Source: Cytophagales bacterium (GTDB taxonomy: Bacteria > Bacteroidota > Bacteroidia > Cytophagales > MED-G16). From it: a DNA stretch of 64,000 nucleotides. Under the pieces are notes generated by a model that was not told the origin of the DNA, did not search any database, and saw only the letters and a program-made list of their open reading frames with translations. Below, piece by piece: positions 1-12,887 of the stretch. A program made the position numbers and the translations under genes. The stretch covers positions 4,750 to 68,749 of the forward strand of contig JBJLAJ010000004.1 of NCBI GenBank assembly GCA_045568775.1, given 5' to 3'. The stretch's first letter is position 1. Each line of letters starts with the position of its first letter.

Positions 1-259
1 TGTCTATGGTAGATCCCTTTCCAATTACTATCCCATCTGCGAGGCCATATTTATTTGTAACTATTGTGTGAGATTCTGTATAAACTGAATTCCCTGTGAC
101 GTCTTGTATCTCAAAAACAAACTGCACCCCTTGATTGGATCTAATATTACCAGCGGCATCTCTTACAATTGCCTGGTAATTAAAGCCTTGAGGTGACTGG
201 CTATATGTAGAAAATGAGAGAGAAAAAATAAATAAGGATAAAAAATATTTCATTGTCAT
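1..259 (-). CDS. N-terminus of a secreted Bacteroidota surface protein (runs off left edge)
   Basis: Not in the ORF track. Manual translation gives MTMKYFLSLFIFSLSFSTYSQSPQGFNYQAIVRDAAGNIRSNQGVQFVFEIQD...ESHTIVTNKYGL, a signal peptide plus the common 'PQGFNYQAIVRD' N-terminal module. Confidence 0.7.
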   Translation of the reverse strand, partial: MTMKYFLSLFIFSLSFSTYSQSPQGFNYQAIVRDAAGNIRSNQGVQFVFEIQDVTGNSVYTESHTIVTNKYGLADGIVIGKGSTID

Positions 260-341
260 AGGATTAGTTGCAAAATACAATCTAAAGAAAAAAATGAGAT
301 TTAAAAAAAAGAGTTATTCTGTTAGATTATAATTGAGTATA

Positions 342-3090
342 CTACAAATCACAATTCACAAGAGAAATATCATTTAAATCTAGTGCCTGGTTTATCAGGA
401 CCTCACCAGTAGAATCAACTAATAAGTTAATAAGGAGTTTAGCTTCGGGGATTTGTCTTTTAGCAAGAAAATAATGTTTATTGTTTAGTTCAAGTTTCTG
501 TATAGAGTTATACACTGGCTTGAGTACCTCGCCATAAGATTTCGAATAAATTCCAAACCCATCTTCACCACTAACTTCAATTATCCCATCCTCTTCTTCT
601 CCTACAAAATCATAACTTTTGAACTCATACATAACTTCCTTACTTTCTAAGTCAACAAGACCGCTGAACCCCTCGTATCTGGCTATAACTGTTGAGTCAT
701 TCCACTCACTGATCCTGTCATAACCTTCTGACAAAATAATTTCTCCATCTCCTGATATCAAACCAAATTTTTCATTCAATGCAGCATAATATTTTAAACC
801 CACAGGCTTTAAAATTGTTTTATAATTTGGTCTAATGATATTTTTTGTTCTAATATTAAAATTACCAAACATCTGGTCCTTTATAAGTATTATATCATTA
901 TCAGACTGGTTAGTGATACCATCATATTCAGGCTCAATAATTATTTTGCCATCTGTATCAGCGATACCCTTCTTGCCTTTATACTCGATGAGAAAGAGAG
1001 AGTCAGATATCACATCACTTGGGACATACCCTCTTACCTTAATTTTTTCACCAATATATAGCTTCTTATTTTTTTTATTATTTAGCCTCAAGATCTCAGA
1101 CTGAGATATATTAAAATTTTTTGATAATAAACTAAATGTATCTCCGCTTTGAACAGTATAGTAGTACTCTGCGTATGGGAGCTTATTCCCAGCTGGGCTA
1201 AGTATGTAGTCTCCGTCATCAGAAAATATTTTAATGTAACTTTTTGACCCGTACCTAGGAGACAAGACCTTAAAAGAATAATTACCCTCCAAAATAATTT
1301 CTTTATAATTAGAAAAAATAAGTGCTTCCTTATTCTCTTGTCTATACCATAGAGCAGAATCTGTCACCACGTATATACTGTCTGCTCTTTCAATCACACT
1401 CTTGCCATTATCTAAGCTGATGGCATTCCCATGTGTCATTTCTCTTCCCAATAAAATATGAAGAAGAGTTGGTTATGGATTCAAATAAGGTGGAGAATGG
1501 AAAAATTCAGTGTCTCACTAATAACTCTTATACCAAAGTCTGTGGTAGATGTCCACCCAAAATTAAACCTATCGATTATTTGTTTATCCGGAGATATAGT
1601 GTTTTTCATTTCAGAGTCAAGAAGCTGTTCAGTGTTTTCTGAGAAGAGCAGAATATGGCCAGACTCAAAATACTCGTAATCATCAAATTGGAAATCGACC
1701 TCCTTATCAAAATCCAATATTTTTTTCTCAATTTTATTTGATGTGATAACGGAGAACATATTATCTGAATTCTCAAAAATTATAAATGGACCCTCTTGGA
1801 AGACATCAGCAAAAGTGTAATCAAAGATTGGATCTCCAAAAAAAGTAAAGAGAGAAAATTTCTCGTCAGACTCTACTAATAGAAATTTATTGTCTACTAG
1901 ATACACATTGTCATAAACTCCTGATAAAATTTTCAAACCAGACTTATGCACAACGTCTAAACCGTCTTCATGAAGTATCTTGATTAGACCCATCCCAATA
2001 TCTTCTACAAGATTAACATTATCACGGAAATAGAATGTTTCTAAGATTCCTGTTCAATATCTCCGTTCTCAACCCAGATTGTACGACAAAAAAATCTGAG
2101 TCAGAAAATGAGCAGAACACTTTACTGTCAAAATTTTTTGATGTAGCCGCCTAAAACAACTTTCCCGTCCACGCCTGAGAATGAAACCCCTTTATTCTCA
2201 TACACACCAATTATTTCTTGTTTATCCTTAGAAGAAATAATTTCAAGAGAATCAATCAAGTCTCTAGGTAGTGGGAGGTCAGATACTTCAGAGAACTCTC
2301 TGTTAAGAGAATGGTATAATAAATTAACGGCTAATCTTTTGTGTGTGCTTTTTAGATATTTGTTTATAAACTTCTTATAATTATCTGGAGTATTTAAGAT
2401 ACTGTAGTACTTTAGGATCATGTACTCTACTGAATCCCTGTAAGGAGTAGTTGGATTGTTTTCTAAGAACAATTCGTAAGAAGAAAGCCTCATGTCTGCT
2501 GTCTTATCTAGAAATATCAATTCCTCGTACCTAGACTTAGCCATATTGTATTCTCTTGAATCTGGGAATGATTCCATAAACTTCTTGTAAGACATCCAAG
2601 TATTAATAAGAGATGAATTATTAAATTCTAGACTGTGCCAATTCTCCATTGCGGACACATAAAATTTAGAAGAACTGTGATCTTGCATGTACCTTCTATA
2701 TTCCTCTATAGTATTCTCATCTAATACAAAATTATACTCTATAGAATCTATAATACTGAGGACAGAATCTAAAGATTCTCTTGTGATGTTTAACTCTTGT
2801 AATGTCTCCATCTCCTTTTCCGTAACTTCAGGGTAAGATTCTTTTGATTTATTTATGAAAAAAAAAGACGAGTCTACATTATCTCTAATTTGATTATCAA
2901 TAAGGTAGAAGATGGAATATAAATAAAACTTACCTGCACTCTCAATGGCTTTCTCATCCATTTTCTCGAGCGATTCCCTAAACTTAATTACATCACCTTT
3001 CTCATATAGCTTATAAGCCTTCTTAACACTCTGAGAGTAAGATAAGGAAGGTGATATTATTAGCAGAATATATATGAGAGCCCTAGTCAT
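342..3090 (-). CDS. WG-repeat-type exported protein with an inserted LysM domain, split into 3 ORFs (2128-3090, 1481-1993, 342-1451) by frameshifts
   Basis: Signal peptide, helical N-terminal repeats (NTIEEYRRY, NTWMSYKKF), WG-like repeats (GKKGIADTDGKIIIEPEYD, KFGLISGDGEIIL) and LysM (YTVQSGDTFSLLSKNFNISQSEILRLN...LYIGEKIKV). The fragments are collinear and nearly contiguous. Confidence 0.65.
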
Positions 3091-3094
3091 TTAA

Positions 3095-6000
3095 TTACTT
3101 ACCTTTTGATATAAAAGGAACAGAATTTTCAATAATCAAATTATTAATTTGACTAATATTATTTATAACCTCATCAAATCCTTTCTTAATTTCTAACCAC
3201 TTTTTATTTAAATCCTTGTATCTAGAAATCTCCCCATTGGTTACTGGAGGTATATTTCCATCAACAGTATTTAGAAGATCAAACATCTGTGCATCGAGTT
3301 GATTTCTGAAGTTAATAACATCTTGGAAAGTTTTTTGCTTAGGAGAGATTAGTAGTGTCTCAGTCTCATCAATTAACTTTATTGTCTCTCCAGCTAAATC
3401 CATTATATCAGAAAACTTTTCTGAATCTACTCTCTTACTTAGATCAGACAGTTGATTTCTAGCGTCCTGCATTTTATTTAGACTCGTATATATCTCTGCA
3501 ATATCAGCATGAATCCCAACAAGTAACTCCTGCTTCCTCTCAAAATCATCTCTGGAAGTTGACTGTCTTGGGTCTGGCAGTATATTGAACTCACTTGATT
3601 TCTCGTAAGAACCATATGTGAACTTGACAGAATACTTTCCTGGGTTTACCCTATAAGAACTCATGTATCCGTCTGAGCCTCTAGGAGTCATTACCCCTTT
3701 AGGAGGAACAAAACCTTCTACATCTCCACCCCATTTTATTGATGCATACCCTTCCTTTAGATCAATCATATTACTTTTATGTTTTGCATGACTTGAGAAC
3801 GAACGAAGAACATCTCCATTATCATTAGATATTTCTACATTAAGTTTTAACGAATCCTCATCATCTATATCTCTTATGAAATATTTTATCTCTGTGCCAT
3901 AGTATGGGTTCTTTCCAAGCGGTCCTTGTCTTCTCATTGCCGAGAATAAAATTTTATGATTATCCTCAACATCAAACATATGAACACCTTTAGTATCTTC
4001 AATACTATGAAACTCATGCATTGGAGTTAGGTCATCATAGATCCAGAACCCTCTACCCTGAGTCGCAACTACAAGATCGTTCCCATGAACTTTTAAATCT
4101 GTAATCGGTACGATAGGGAGATTTCTTTGCCATTTAACCCAAGTACCACCGCCGTTGCTGGACATGTATATACCTCTCTCTGTCCCGGCGTATAGTAAAC
4201 CTTCTACCTCTAGGTCTTCTCTCACCACCCTCACAAAACTATTTTCTTCAATACCATCGTTATATACTTTCCATGACTTACCATAGTTTGTAGACTTTAA
4301 CACGTATGGTCTGAAATCATCAAATTTATACCTGTTAAATGCTATGTATACTGTAGCTGGATCATGAGGAGACACCTCGATCGCATTTATCATCCCTTCC
4401 TCCATGTCTGGAGTTACATTAGACCAAGACTGTCCTCCATTAGTTGTTATATGAACAAGACCATCATCTGCGCCTGCATATATTATGTTTTTATCATGAG
4501 GAGATTCTGCCACGTAGTAAATAGTATGGTACACCTCACCGCCAGCTCCTTCGTTTGTTATTGGTCCCCCTCCTGGCCCAAGATTCTCCTGCTTGTTTCT
4601 TGTGAGATCAGGACTCATCTCTTCCCAGTTTATACCTCTGTCACTGGTCTTTAACAATTTATTTGCTGCATGATAGATTACATTAGGGTCATGCATTGAC
4701 ACTAATATTGGTGCGTTCCAATTAAATCTATATTTCTGCTCATCTGATGGTTCACCAAGACCCATTGACGGGTAAGCCATTATGTCTTTGGTATTATCCA
4801 ACTCCAGGTTATACTCGTTAATAATTCCTTGATAACAACCCGCATACATCAGGACTGGATTATCTGGATCAAATGCCACGTACGCTGTCTCACAGCCCCC
4901 AACACCTGCTATCCAATCTTTCCAGCTAATCCCATTACTGAAGGTGCTACTCTTTATAGCAACAGAAGAGTTATCTTGCTGTCCACCATAAACCCAATAA
5001 GGAAACCTATTATCTACATTTACCCTATAAAATTGTGCTGTAGGCTGATTTTTTTGAGTAGACCACGACCTGCCAGAGTTAAACGAAATATTTGCCCCTC
5101 CGTCATTAGAGTTGATCATCACCTCAGAATTACTTGGGTTTATCCATAGGTAATGGTTATCGCCATGAGGCACTTGAATATTTGAAAAAGTTTTTCCTCC
5201 ATCTATAGATCTCATCATCGGAGCATTAAGTACATACACTATATTTTCATCAGAAGGGTCTGCATAAATATGCATGTAGTACCAAGACCTTGTCCTCAAT
5301 ACTCTCTCATCATTTATTAACCTCCAGGAATTACCTCCATCATCTGACCTGTATAGTCCACCTTCTTCTGATTCAATGATGGCATATACAAGTTTTGGAT
5401 TAGCTCGTGACACAGCAACTCCAATCTTTCCCATGACAGAATTTGGGAGACCTTCAGTTAATTTTTTCCAGGTGTCTCCTCCATCAACTGACTTCCAGAT
5501 ACCACTGCCTTTTCCACCGCTTCTTACATACCATGGTAACCTCTGGTGGTCCCAAAACGCTGCGTACAAAACTCTAGGGTTTGTGTAATCAATTGCTAAA
5601 TCATTTGCACCTGAATTTGAGTCAACAAATAGTACTCTCTCCCAGCTATTACCTCCGTCTTTTGTCCTGTATATACCTCTCTCGTCTGTGCCAGAATAAG
5701 GACTACCCTGAGCAGAGACATACATTATATCTGGGTTGGTAGGATGAATTCTAACCTGAGAAATATGCTTTGTGTGTTCTAGTCCTATATGTTCCCAAGT
5801 CTCTCCAGCATCTGTAGACTTGTAAACACCGTCTCCAGAAGATGTCATCACACCTCTTACTGGTGACTCCCCCATTCCAACAACCACAATATTATTGTCA
5901 CTCTCAGATACTGATACTGCTCCCACAGAACCTGTTTTAAAGTATCCATCAGAAATATTGTTCCAGCTAACACCTGCATCTTCTGTCTTCCAAACTCCAC

Positions 6001-6238
6001 CTCCTGTTGTGCCCATGTAGTATATCTGATCATCTCCAGTTATGCCTGTCGAAGTGGTAGATCTTCCACCCCTAAAAGGACCTATATTTCGCCATTCACC
6101 TATATCAAAAACAAGTGAATCTACAGTTTTATTATCTTTTTTATCTATATCATTTATTGGCTTAAGAGCTGATAAAGTAAATATTAATGATAGTATTGTA
6201 AGGATGTATTTCATAATTTTATAATATTGTTTCATCAA
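3095..6238 (-). CDS. BNR/Asp-box beta-propeller (VPS10/sortilin-like) glycosyl hydrolase-family protein
   Basis: [11 protein letters not shown] start and many SxDGGxTW Asp-boxes; 1047 aa with signal peptide. Confidence 0.85.
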   Translation of the reverse strand: MMKQYYKIMKYILTILSLIFTLSALKPINDIDKKDNKTVDSLVFDIGEWRNIGPFRGGRSTTSTGITGDDQIYYMGTTGGGVWKTEDAGVSWNNISDGYFKTGSVGAVSVSESDNNIVVVGMGESPVRGVMTSSGDGVYKSTDAGETWEHIGLEHTKHISQVRIHPTNPDIMYVSAQGSPYSGTDERGIYRTKDGGNSWERVLFVDSNSGANDLAIDYTNPRVLYAAFWDHQRLPWYVRSGGKGSGIWKSVDGGDTWKKLTEGLPNSVMGKIGVAVSRANPKLVYAIIESEEGGLYRSDDGGNSWRLINDERVLRTRSWYYMHIYADPSDENIVYVLNAPMMRSIDGGKTFSNIQVPHGDNHYLWINPSNSEVMINSNDGGANISFNSGRSWSTQKNQPTAQFYRVNVDNRFPYWVYGGQQDNSSVAIKSSTFSNGISWKDWIAGVGGCETAYVAFDPDNPVLMYAGCYQGIINEYNLELDNTKDIMAYPSMGLGEPSDEQKYRFNWNAPILVSMHDPNVIYHAANKLLKTSDRGINWEEMSPDLTRNKQENLGPGGGPITNEGAGGEVYHTIYYVAESPHDKNIIYAGADDGLVHITTNGGQSWSNVTPDMEEGMINAIEVSPHDPATVYIAFNRYKFDDFRPYVLKSTNYGKSWKVYNDGIEENSFVRVVREDLEVEGLLYAGTERGIYMSSNGGGTWVKWQRNLPIVPITDLKVHGNDLVVATQGRGFWIYDDLTPMHEFHSIEDTKGVHMFDVEDNHKILFSAMRRQGPLGKNPYYGTEIKYFIRDIDDEDSLKLNVEISNDNGDVLRSFSSHAKHKSNMIDLKEGYASIKWGGDVEGFVPPKGVMTPRGSDGYMSSYRVNPGKYSVKFTYGSYEKSSEFNILPDPRQSTSRDDFERKQELLVGIHADIAEIYTSLNKMQDARNQLSDLSKRVDSEKFSDIMDLAGETIKLIDETETLLISPKQKTFQDVINFRNQLDAQMFDLLNTVDGNIPPVTNGEISRYKDLNKKWLEIKKGFDEVINNISQINNLIIENSVPFISKGK

Positions 6239-6255
6239 ATTTAATATGAAATTTA

Positions 6256-7611
6256 ATGTTTAATAAATATTCAGTATCTATACTTTCCATAATTTTTCTG
6301 ATATTAATATCAATAAAACCACTCGACAGGACTCCACTGGAAGAAACAGACTACTATAAAACAACGATCTCAAATATAGAAAAGTCATATAAAAACTATG
6401 AAGAAAACATAAACGGAGATACCATTAAGGTCGGCTGGGCAAAAGAGAATCTTGTACCTACATTTAGTACACCCATGGCTGGTTATGGAGCCAGGAAGGG
6501 AGCAGATTATGAGGGAATAAATGACTCTATATGGGTACGGTCTGTTGTATTTGATAATGGCATAAATAAGTCTGCATACGTCTCGATGGATCTTCTTATA
6601 GTCCCCCCTAACCTAGACAAAGAGAAAATTGCTGAGGGTTTAGGCATTAGCAGTGAAAATATTTTCTTTACTGCCAGCCACACGCACTCAAGTATTGGGG
6701 GTTATCTTGAAGGTTTAGCTGGAAATTTATTTGGAGGAGAATACAATAATAAAGTCATTGAATTTATTACTAAAAAGACAAAGAGCTCTATAAAGAATGC
6801 TATGGATGATCTAAAAAAAGCAAAAATAGGTTTTGGGTCAATATATGCATCTGACTACATAACTAATAGGTTAGTGGGTGACTCATTAGGAACATATGAC
6901 CCATTCTTAAGGGTAATTAAAATAAACAGAGACGATGAAAAAAACGCAACAATTTTCTCATATTCTGCTCACGCTACGTGCTACGGCCATAACCAGAAAA
7001 ACATAAGCGGGGACTACCCAGGAAAAGTAATAAGTTTGCTAGAAGAGACCCAGGACATAGATTTTGCTGTATACGGGGCAGGTGCTGTGGGGAGCATGAG
7101 CCCTAGGACAAGAGCAAAGAAAGGAGAGAGAAAAGTAAACGAAATAGCTAGCGGGTTATTTGAACATCTTATCCAAGGCTACAGATCTATAGGAGTAAAA
7201 TACGAGACAAAACTAGGTAGTGAGAGAATAGATATAGAGCTTAGAGAACAATCATTTAAAATAAACTCCCAAATTATTGTAAGACCATGGCTGTTTAAGT
7301 TTTTAGTTGGTGACACACCAAAATATTTATCGTTTTTAAGACTAGGAGATTTACTTGTTGTAGGTACTCCGTGTGATTTCTCAGGTGAATTAGTTGAGCC
7401 CATAGAAAAATCAATATCAAATAAAAGTTTAAATTTGATGATTAATAGTTTTAATGGGGGCTATATTGGTTATGTGACAGATGACAAGTGGTATGATATG
7501 GAAGATATCAACACTTACGAAACATACACTATGAACTGGCATGGACCTTATAACGGAAAATATTTTAGTAATCTAATAAAAAAAATTATTCAAATAAATG
7601 AAAAAAATTAA
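6256..7611 (+). CDS. Neutral/alkaline ceramidase N-terminal domain family protein
   Basis: PMAGYG, ASHTHSS, SAHAT and ISGDYPG motifs. Confidence 0.75.
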   Translation: MFNKYSVSILSIIFLILISIKPLDRTPLEETDYYKTTISNIEKSYKNYEENINGDTIKVGWAKENLVPTFSTPMAGYGARKGADYEGINDSIWVRSVVFDNGINKSAYVSMDLLIVPPNLDKEKIAEGLGISSENIFFTASHTHSSIGGYLEGLAGNLFGGEYNNKVIEFITKKTKSSIKNAMDDLKKAKIGFGSIYASDYITNRLVGDSLGTYDPFLRVIKINRDDEKNATIFSYSAHATCYGHNQKNISGDYPGKVISLLEETQDIDFAVYGAGAVGSMSPRTRAKKGERKVNEIASGLFEHLIQGYRSIGVKYETKLGSERIDIELREQSFKINSQIIVRPWLFKFLVGDTPKYLSFLRLGDLLVVGTPCDFSGELVEPIEKSISNKSLNLMINSFNGGYIGYVTDDKWYDMEDINTYETYTMNWHGPYNGKYFSNLIKKIIQINEKN

Positions 7612-8710
7612 GTCTATATCTCTATCATTTCTCTTTATTTCTATGTTTTTTAACATAGGGTATTCAAGCCATAGTCAGTACGACTCACTAAAAATAAAAA
7701 TATCTCAAATGTTGGTTTTTGGAATTCAAGATGTACAGAAGGTGATGGAAGCAGACTCAATGCTTGATGCATACGCCAATACACATCTTGGTGGTGTCAT
7801 CCTCTTTGAGAAAAATATATCAAAAAAAAGATCCGAACACCAACTGAAAGTTTTAATCGATGAAATTCAGAGAAACTCACAGATACCATCTTTTATAGCA
7901 ATTGATGAGGAAGGGGGGAAAGTTAATAGGTTAAAGCCTAAGTATGGTTTCCATCAGACAAGATCAGCAAAGTATCTTGGAGAAATAAATAATTTAGATT
8001 CAACCTATCACTACGCAAAACTTACTAGTGATCTCCTTAAACAACTTGGAATAAATGTGAATTTTGCCCCGGTTGTAGATCTTGCAATAAATAAATCAAA
8101 CTTCATACACAAAGCGGAGAGAAGTTTTGGTAGAGATAGTGACAAAGTCTTTTTTCATTCTAGAAATTTTATAAAGGCACATGAAGAAAATAATATTATA
8201 ACAGTACTTAAACATTTCCCAGGACATGGGAGTTCTGAGACCGACACGCATAAAGAGTTTACTGATGTTTCTGATACCTGGATTGTAGAGGAACTTTTTC
8301 CTTATCACAAACTTATACTTGAAGATAAAGCAGATGGGATTATGACCAGTCATGTTGTAAACAGTAAAATTGATGGCGACTTACTCCCTGCAACTCTATC
8401 AGATAAAAGTATTAACAAACTTCTAAGAGAGTTTCTTGACTACGAAGGAGTAGTATTCTCAGATGACATGCAGATGGGAGCAATAATAAGAAACTACGGT
8501 GTCAAAGAAGCAATTGTCCTTGCAATCAACGCTGGAGTTGACGTGTTGATTTTTTCAAATAATATGTTGTATAAGGACAGAGTAGAACCCAATGAAATTA
8601 TATCTATTATCGAAGAAGGTGTGAGAGATGGAGAGATTTCATTACTAAGAATTAACGAATCATTTAGAAGAATTCAAAGTCTTAAAAAGAAAATAAAATT
8701 GATCAATTAG
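7598..8710 (+). CDS. Glycoside hydrolase family 3 (NagZ-like beta-N-acetylhexosaminidase)
   Basis: AIDEEGGKVNRL, NFAPVVD, KHFPGHG, DTH and SDDMQMGA motifs. Confidence 0.9.
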   Translation: MKKIKSISLSFLFISMFFNIGYSSHSQYDSLKIKISQMLVFGIQDVQKVMEADSMLDAYANTHLGGVILFEKNISKKRSEHQLKVLIDEIQRNSQIPSFIAIDEEGGKVNRLKPKYGFHQTRSAKYLGEINNLDSTYHYAKLTSDLLKQLGINVNFAPVVDLAINKSNFIHKAERSFGRDSDKVFFHSRNFIKAHEENNIITVLKHFPGHGSSETDTHKEFTDVSDTWIVEELFPYHKLILEDKADGIMTSHVVNSKIDGDLLPATLSDKSINKLLREFLDYEGVVFSDDMQMGAIIRNYGVKEAIVLAINAGVDVLIFSNNMLYKDRVEPNEIISIIEEGVRDGEISLLRINESFRRIQSLKKKIKLIN

Positions 8711-10778
8711 GATTATAGATCCTTACTGCCTCCTTGTATATCTTCACCTTGTCAAGAGTCATTTCTTTGGTATTCTTATTCACATACAAATCCATCTGAT
8801 CAGTATAATGTGGACTAGCACTATTATTTGAGTTTCCATAAGGTATTACAGTCTCTACCTCTACGCCTAAGTCAGAATACTTAATTAGCATAATATAAGA
8901 CTCCCCCGAAACTGATTTGAATCTACCATCTTCATGTCTAATAACATATGTAGGTGCAATCATATCTATTAGACCAGAGACAGGTAAGTTTACCCCTCCC
9001 CTTTCATGCCTCTGCAAGTCTCCTAAAACAATATCTACCTTACCAAAATATTTTATAAGGTGTCTTTTAGATTTTTTTAAAGCTTCAATATGTAAATCAT
9101 TGGGAATTGAGTCTGTTAACTCAATTTTATTTTCGGAAAGTAATTGTAACATATTCCTGTAGTAAAGACTCCACTGGGCCGCACCTAAGTTGTCATCCTC
9201 TCCGCCTCTATCCCAGCCCTTAATTAATTCTAAAATATCGCCTAGGTATTCGTCTTCTAACTCAAGATGAAATATATATTTTAAGTTACCTATGTGAAGA
9301 ATAGAGTCAGGATATTTCTGATCATATTTTATTTTTTTAAAATCCTCAAAACTTATCTTTTCATATTCTGAGATCAACTCCATAAAACGGTGACTTCTGT
9401 TGTTCTCCTTCTCTCTAAAACTAAAAGTGGAAGGGTAATTATTCTCATCTAAATTATATTCCTTAGAAGTAGAGTTGAATGGAGAGTTATTTGTATTGAA
9501 TAAGTAACCACTTTTAGGATTTAAAATTTTTGGAAGGTCTTCATAGGGGTGATATCTGTCTAGTATTAATGAAGACATGTCACCAATAACTAATTTTCTC
9601 CAATTAATGGTAGTATCTCTAACAGAGAGACGAGCATTACTCATATAAAAAATATTATCATCGCGATCAGCATACACAATATTAAAACGTGGAATTCCTA
9701 ATAATTTCAGCGACTCTTCGAACTCATTAAAGTTAGATGCTTTATTCATTTTAAGCCACTGCTCTATCGCACTAATATTATTTAATGACTGAGAGAAGAA
9801 AGCAAAATGTCCTCTCTTGTTTTTTATTACAGGCCCAAAAGCAGACCAGATAACTTCTCTTTTGATGTTTAATTTTATTCCAAACAATGACTTAACCTTA
9901 AGCTTAATCTTTCTGATTTCAAAATTCTTCCACTGTCCATCTAGCATGTATTGTGTCTTATCTTCTGGGTTAATATTCAGCTGAAATATGTCATTCATAT
10001 CAGGATAATTATAGGTATGTGTCCAACCTAAATTTTGATTTGTTCCAATCACAGGTAGAGGAAGCCCCGGAAATAATCCACCAAGCATGTTCCATCCTTC
10101 TTCACTCACCATATGAGCTTCATACCAAGAGAACGGGCCCTCTAGTGGCTGGTGAGTGTTGATATTAAGGTATGTCTTAGAATCTTCAGTTATATTGCTA
10201 TTAAACGCAAATCCATTAGAGCCAATAGTTGATCCTACATTATCTACCCCAGACATCTCCTCTATTGGGTCGATTGAATTACTTAGTAATTGACCAATAA
10301 TATCTCCAGTATCAGAGAATAGATGGAGCATAAGATTAAGTCCAGTGAGATAGTCATAAATACTAAGAGGGAAAGAATTTTTTACTAAGATCTTATCTGG
10401 GAATTTTTCTGCGTACGCATTAAGACCCTCTAGGTACCCGTATATCACACTTAACCCTTCTGGTGGAAGGTTCTTCAATTCTCTCTCGGCAACCTCTCTC
10501 GACTTGAGCAACTCAACAGCAAAATCTAAGACTGCTCCTCTTACTCCTTCTAACCTCCCGAGCATTCCCTTTGCCGGAAGAAATGTTTTCTGTATTGTTG
10601 AAAAGTCATCTTCTGCGTGTGACCAAGCAAGACCATACGCAACCTCCCTATCAGTCTTTCCATAAATATGAGGTACTCCCCATTTATCTCTAACTATTTC
10701 AATATTAGAAGTGTTCACTTGAGCGCTTGCTGTCAAGCTTAAAAAAATAAAAACTAATAAGATTTTAAATTGGGACAT
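8703..10778 (-). CDS. Penicillin acylase family (Ntn hydrolase, S45) protein
   Basis: [15 protein letters not shown] nucleophile site, NTHQP, WYEAH. Confidence 0.9.
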   Translation of the reverse strand: MSQFKILLVFIFLSLTASAQVNTSNIEIVRDKWGVPHIYGKTDREVAYGLAWSHAEDDFSTIQKTFLPAKGMLGRLEGVRGAVLDFAVELLKSREVAERELKNLPPEGLSVIYGYLEGLNAYAEKFPDKILVKNSFPLSIYDYLTGLNLMLHLFSDTGDIIGQLLSNSIDPIEEMSGVDNVGSTIGSNGFAFNSNITEDSKTYLNINTHQPLEGPFSWYEAHMVSEEGWNMLGGLFPGLPLPVIGTNQNLGWTHTYNYPDMNDIFQLNINPEDKTQYMLDGQWKNFEIRKIKLKVKSLFGIKLNIKREVIWSAFGPVIKNKRGHFAFFSQSLNNISAIEQWLKMNKASNFNEFEESLKLLGIPRFNIVYADRDDNIFYMSNARLSVRDTTINWRKLVIGDMSSLILDRYHPYEDLPKILNPKSGYLFNTNNSPFNSTSKEYNLDENNYPSTFSFREKENNRSHRFMELISEYEKISFEDFKKIKYDQKYPDSILHIGNLKYIFHLELEDEYLGDILELIKGWDRGGEDDNLGAAQWSLYYRNMLQLLSENKIELTDSIPNDLHIEALKKSKRHLIKYFGKVDIVLGDLQRHERGGVNLPVSGLIDMIAPTYVIRHEDGRFKSVSGESYIMLIKYSDLGVEVETVIPYGNSNNSASPHYTDQMDLYVNKNTKEMTLDKVKIYKEAVRIYNPN

Positions 10779-11640
10779 TTACGTGTCTTTCAGCATGGTA
10801 AGAAGATCTCACTAAAGGACCTGATTCTACATACTTTAGGCCTCTCTTTAGACCTTCCTCTCTATACATATCAAAAATATCGGGGCTGATAAAATCATCT
10901 ACCTCTAGATGCATTTTTGTTGGCTGGAGGTACTGACCAATGGTCAGTATGTGTAGTCCGTGCTCTACCATGTCGTCCATAGTTTTAAAGACCTCGTCTT
11001 TTTTCTCCCCAATTCCAACCATTATCCCTGACTTTGTCCTCATCCCTCTATCTCTAGTTATTTTGATCTGTTCAAGACTCCTCTCATACTTTGCCTGAGG
11101 TCTTACCCTCCTATATAGTCTCTCCACTGTCTCGATGTTATGAGAGACTACTTCCTGACCGGCATCAATCATCCTATAAAGAGCTTCCCAGTTACCTCTA
11201 ACATCTGGAATTAAAGTCTCTATGGTCGTCTCTGGAGATAACTTTTTTGTCTTTGCGACAGTCTGATACCATATCTCAGCACCCCTATCTTTTAGCTCAT
11301 CTCTATTAACAGATGTAATGACAGCGTGCTTTACTCCCATCTTCTTTATTGCTTTCGCAACTCTTAAGGGCTCCAGTTTATCATACTCTGGAGGCCTACC
11401 AGTGGCCACAGCACAGAAGGTACAGCTCCTTGTGCAGACATTCCCTAGTATCATAAAAGTTGCAGTTCCTGCTCCCCAACACTCTCCCATGTTTGGGCAG
11501 TTACCACTCTCACAAATTGTGTGTAATTTATACTTATCTACTATATTCCTTACCTTTTTATACTCCTCTCCAACAGGTAGTTTTACCCTCAACCATTTAG
11601 GTTTCTTGAATCTTGGCAATTTTGATTTTATTTCTCCCAT
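10765..11640 (-). CDS. lipA: Lipoyl synthase
   Basis: [38 protein letters not shown]. Confidence 0.97.
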   Translation of the reverse strand: MGEIKSKLPRFKKPKWLRVKLPVGEEYKKVRNIVDKYKLHTICESGNCPNMGECWGAGTATFMILGNVCTRSCTFCAVATGRPPEYDKLEPLRVAKAIKKMGVKHAVITSVNRDELKDRGAEIWYQTVAKTKKLSPETTIETLIPDVRGNWEALYRMIDAGQEVVSHNIETVERLYRRVRPQAKYERSLEQIKITRDRGMRTKSGIMVGIGEKKDEVFKTMDDMVEHGLHILTIGQYLQPTKMHLEVDDFISPDIFDMYREEGLKRGLKYVESGPLVRSSYHAERHVNVPI

Positions 11641-11673
11641 CTAGATGCAATTTTAGTCAAAGAATATCAAATT

Positions 11674-12393
11674 TTAATATTTTCTGCCATAGAATAAAGT
11701 AATGAAAGCTGTAGGATAAACACTATAGTTTTTCGCTGTAGGCATCATTACTACTTCTTTTGAAAAAATATCAGCTAAGAAACCTACTTCGATTGCAGTA
11801 GCTGACCTGGCACCACCAAATTCAAAGTTTAGAGCTGCCTTGAAATTTATCCCAGGCTTAATTTTCAATTCGTCAAGACCTTCAAGAAAACTTGCTGATC
11901 CAATAACATTATTAAATGTGTGTATTGTAGAATCAAAATTTTCAATCTCCATCTTATTGTTTCTACTGTATTTTATATAATATGGAATAAGTAATCCTAA
12001 AGAAGGTCCCACAGCAACTTGGGCATTTATCCTAATGCCTTGCGGATCTTTTTTATTTACTAGGATCATCTCTCTACCGTACTGACCTCTAATTGAAAAA
12101 AGATAATTTTTTTTGCCCCATACAAAAGTCCTACCATAACCTAGGGCAGAAGAGTATTTATTTTCTTTTGGGTGTTTGATATTAACTGCCTCCAAACCTA
12201 TAGTTTGGTACATATTGTCAGACACCTTGTTAGAGAACTTTAAGACTCCTCCCCCGATGAGTCCACCCCAAGAATTTTTGTTAATACCCCAAAACACTTC
12301 CTTCTCAGTATCAAAATATTCTGAGTTCTGAGAAAAAGATACCTCAGTGGAAATAAAAAATAGAATAAGTATCAAAAAAGCTTTTATTTTCAT
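11674..12393 (-). CDS. Conserved hypothetical exported protein, probable outer-membrane beta-barrel
   Basis: Signal peptide, alternating beta-strand pattern, aromatic C-terminal strand. Confidence 0.6.
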   Translation of the reverse strand: MKIKAFLILILFFISTEVSFSQNSEYFDTEKEVFWGINKNSWGGLIGGGVLKFSNKVSDNMYQTIGLEAVNIKHPKENKYSSALGYGRTFVWGKKNYLFSIRGQYGREMILVNKKDPQGIRINAQVAVGPSLGLLIPYYIKYSRNNKMEIENFDSTIHTFNNVIGSASFLEGLDELKIKPGINFKAALNFEFGGARSATAIEVGFLADIFSKEVVMMPTAKNYSVYPTAFITLFYGRKY

Positions 12394-12477
12394 AATATAA
12401 AATTAACAATATTCATTTAACGAAAAAATTAGACTTTAATTTAGAAATTTTTTAAAAAATTAATTTAAGTTTAATTA

Positions 12478-12885
12478 ATGAACCACTCAATGGAAAATAA
12501 TTATGTTGGAAAGCTAAGAACATCCTCTACACATCTTCCATCTGGAGAAACTATAATCACTGACGCACCTACTGACAATAACGGGAAAGGCGAGGCTTTT
12601 GCCCCTACTGACTTAGTAAGTTCAGCACTATGTAGCTGCATGACAACAGTAATGGGAATTTGTGCTGAGAAAGGAAATTTTGAACTACCTAACTCCACTG
12701 CAAAAATTACGAAAACCATGTCTTCTGAACCAAGAAAAATAAAGGAGATAAAAGTAGAGATAAATTTTGAAGAAAATTCCTTAACTGATACTCAAAAAAA
12801 TAAGCTTATTTCTGTAGGTGAAAATTGTCCAGTCGCAAAAAGTTTAAACCCAGATATTAATCAGATTTTAGTTTTTAACTTTTAA
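12478..12885 (+). CDS. OsmC family protein
   Basis: TDAPTDNNGKGEAFAPTDL, two conserved Cys (SCM..., CPVAKSL). Confidence 0.9.
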   Translation: MNHSMENNYVGKLRTSSTHLPSGETIITDAPTDNNGKGEAFAPTDLVSSALCSCMTTVMGICAEKGNFELPNSTAKITKTMSSEPRKIKEIKVEINFEENSLTDTQKNKLISVGENCPVAKSLNPDINQILVFNF

Positions 12886-12887
12886 AA

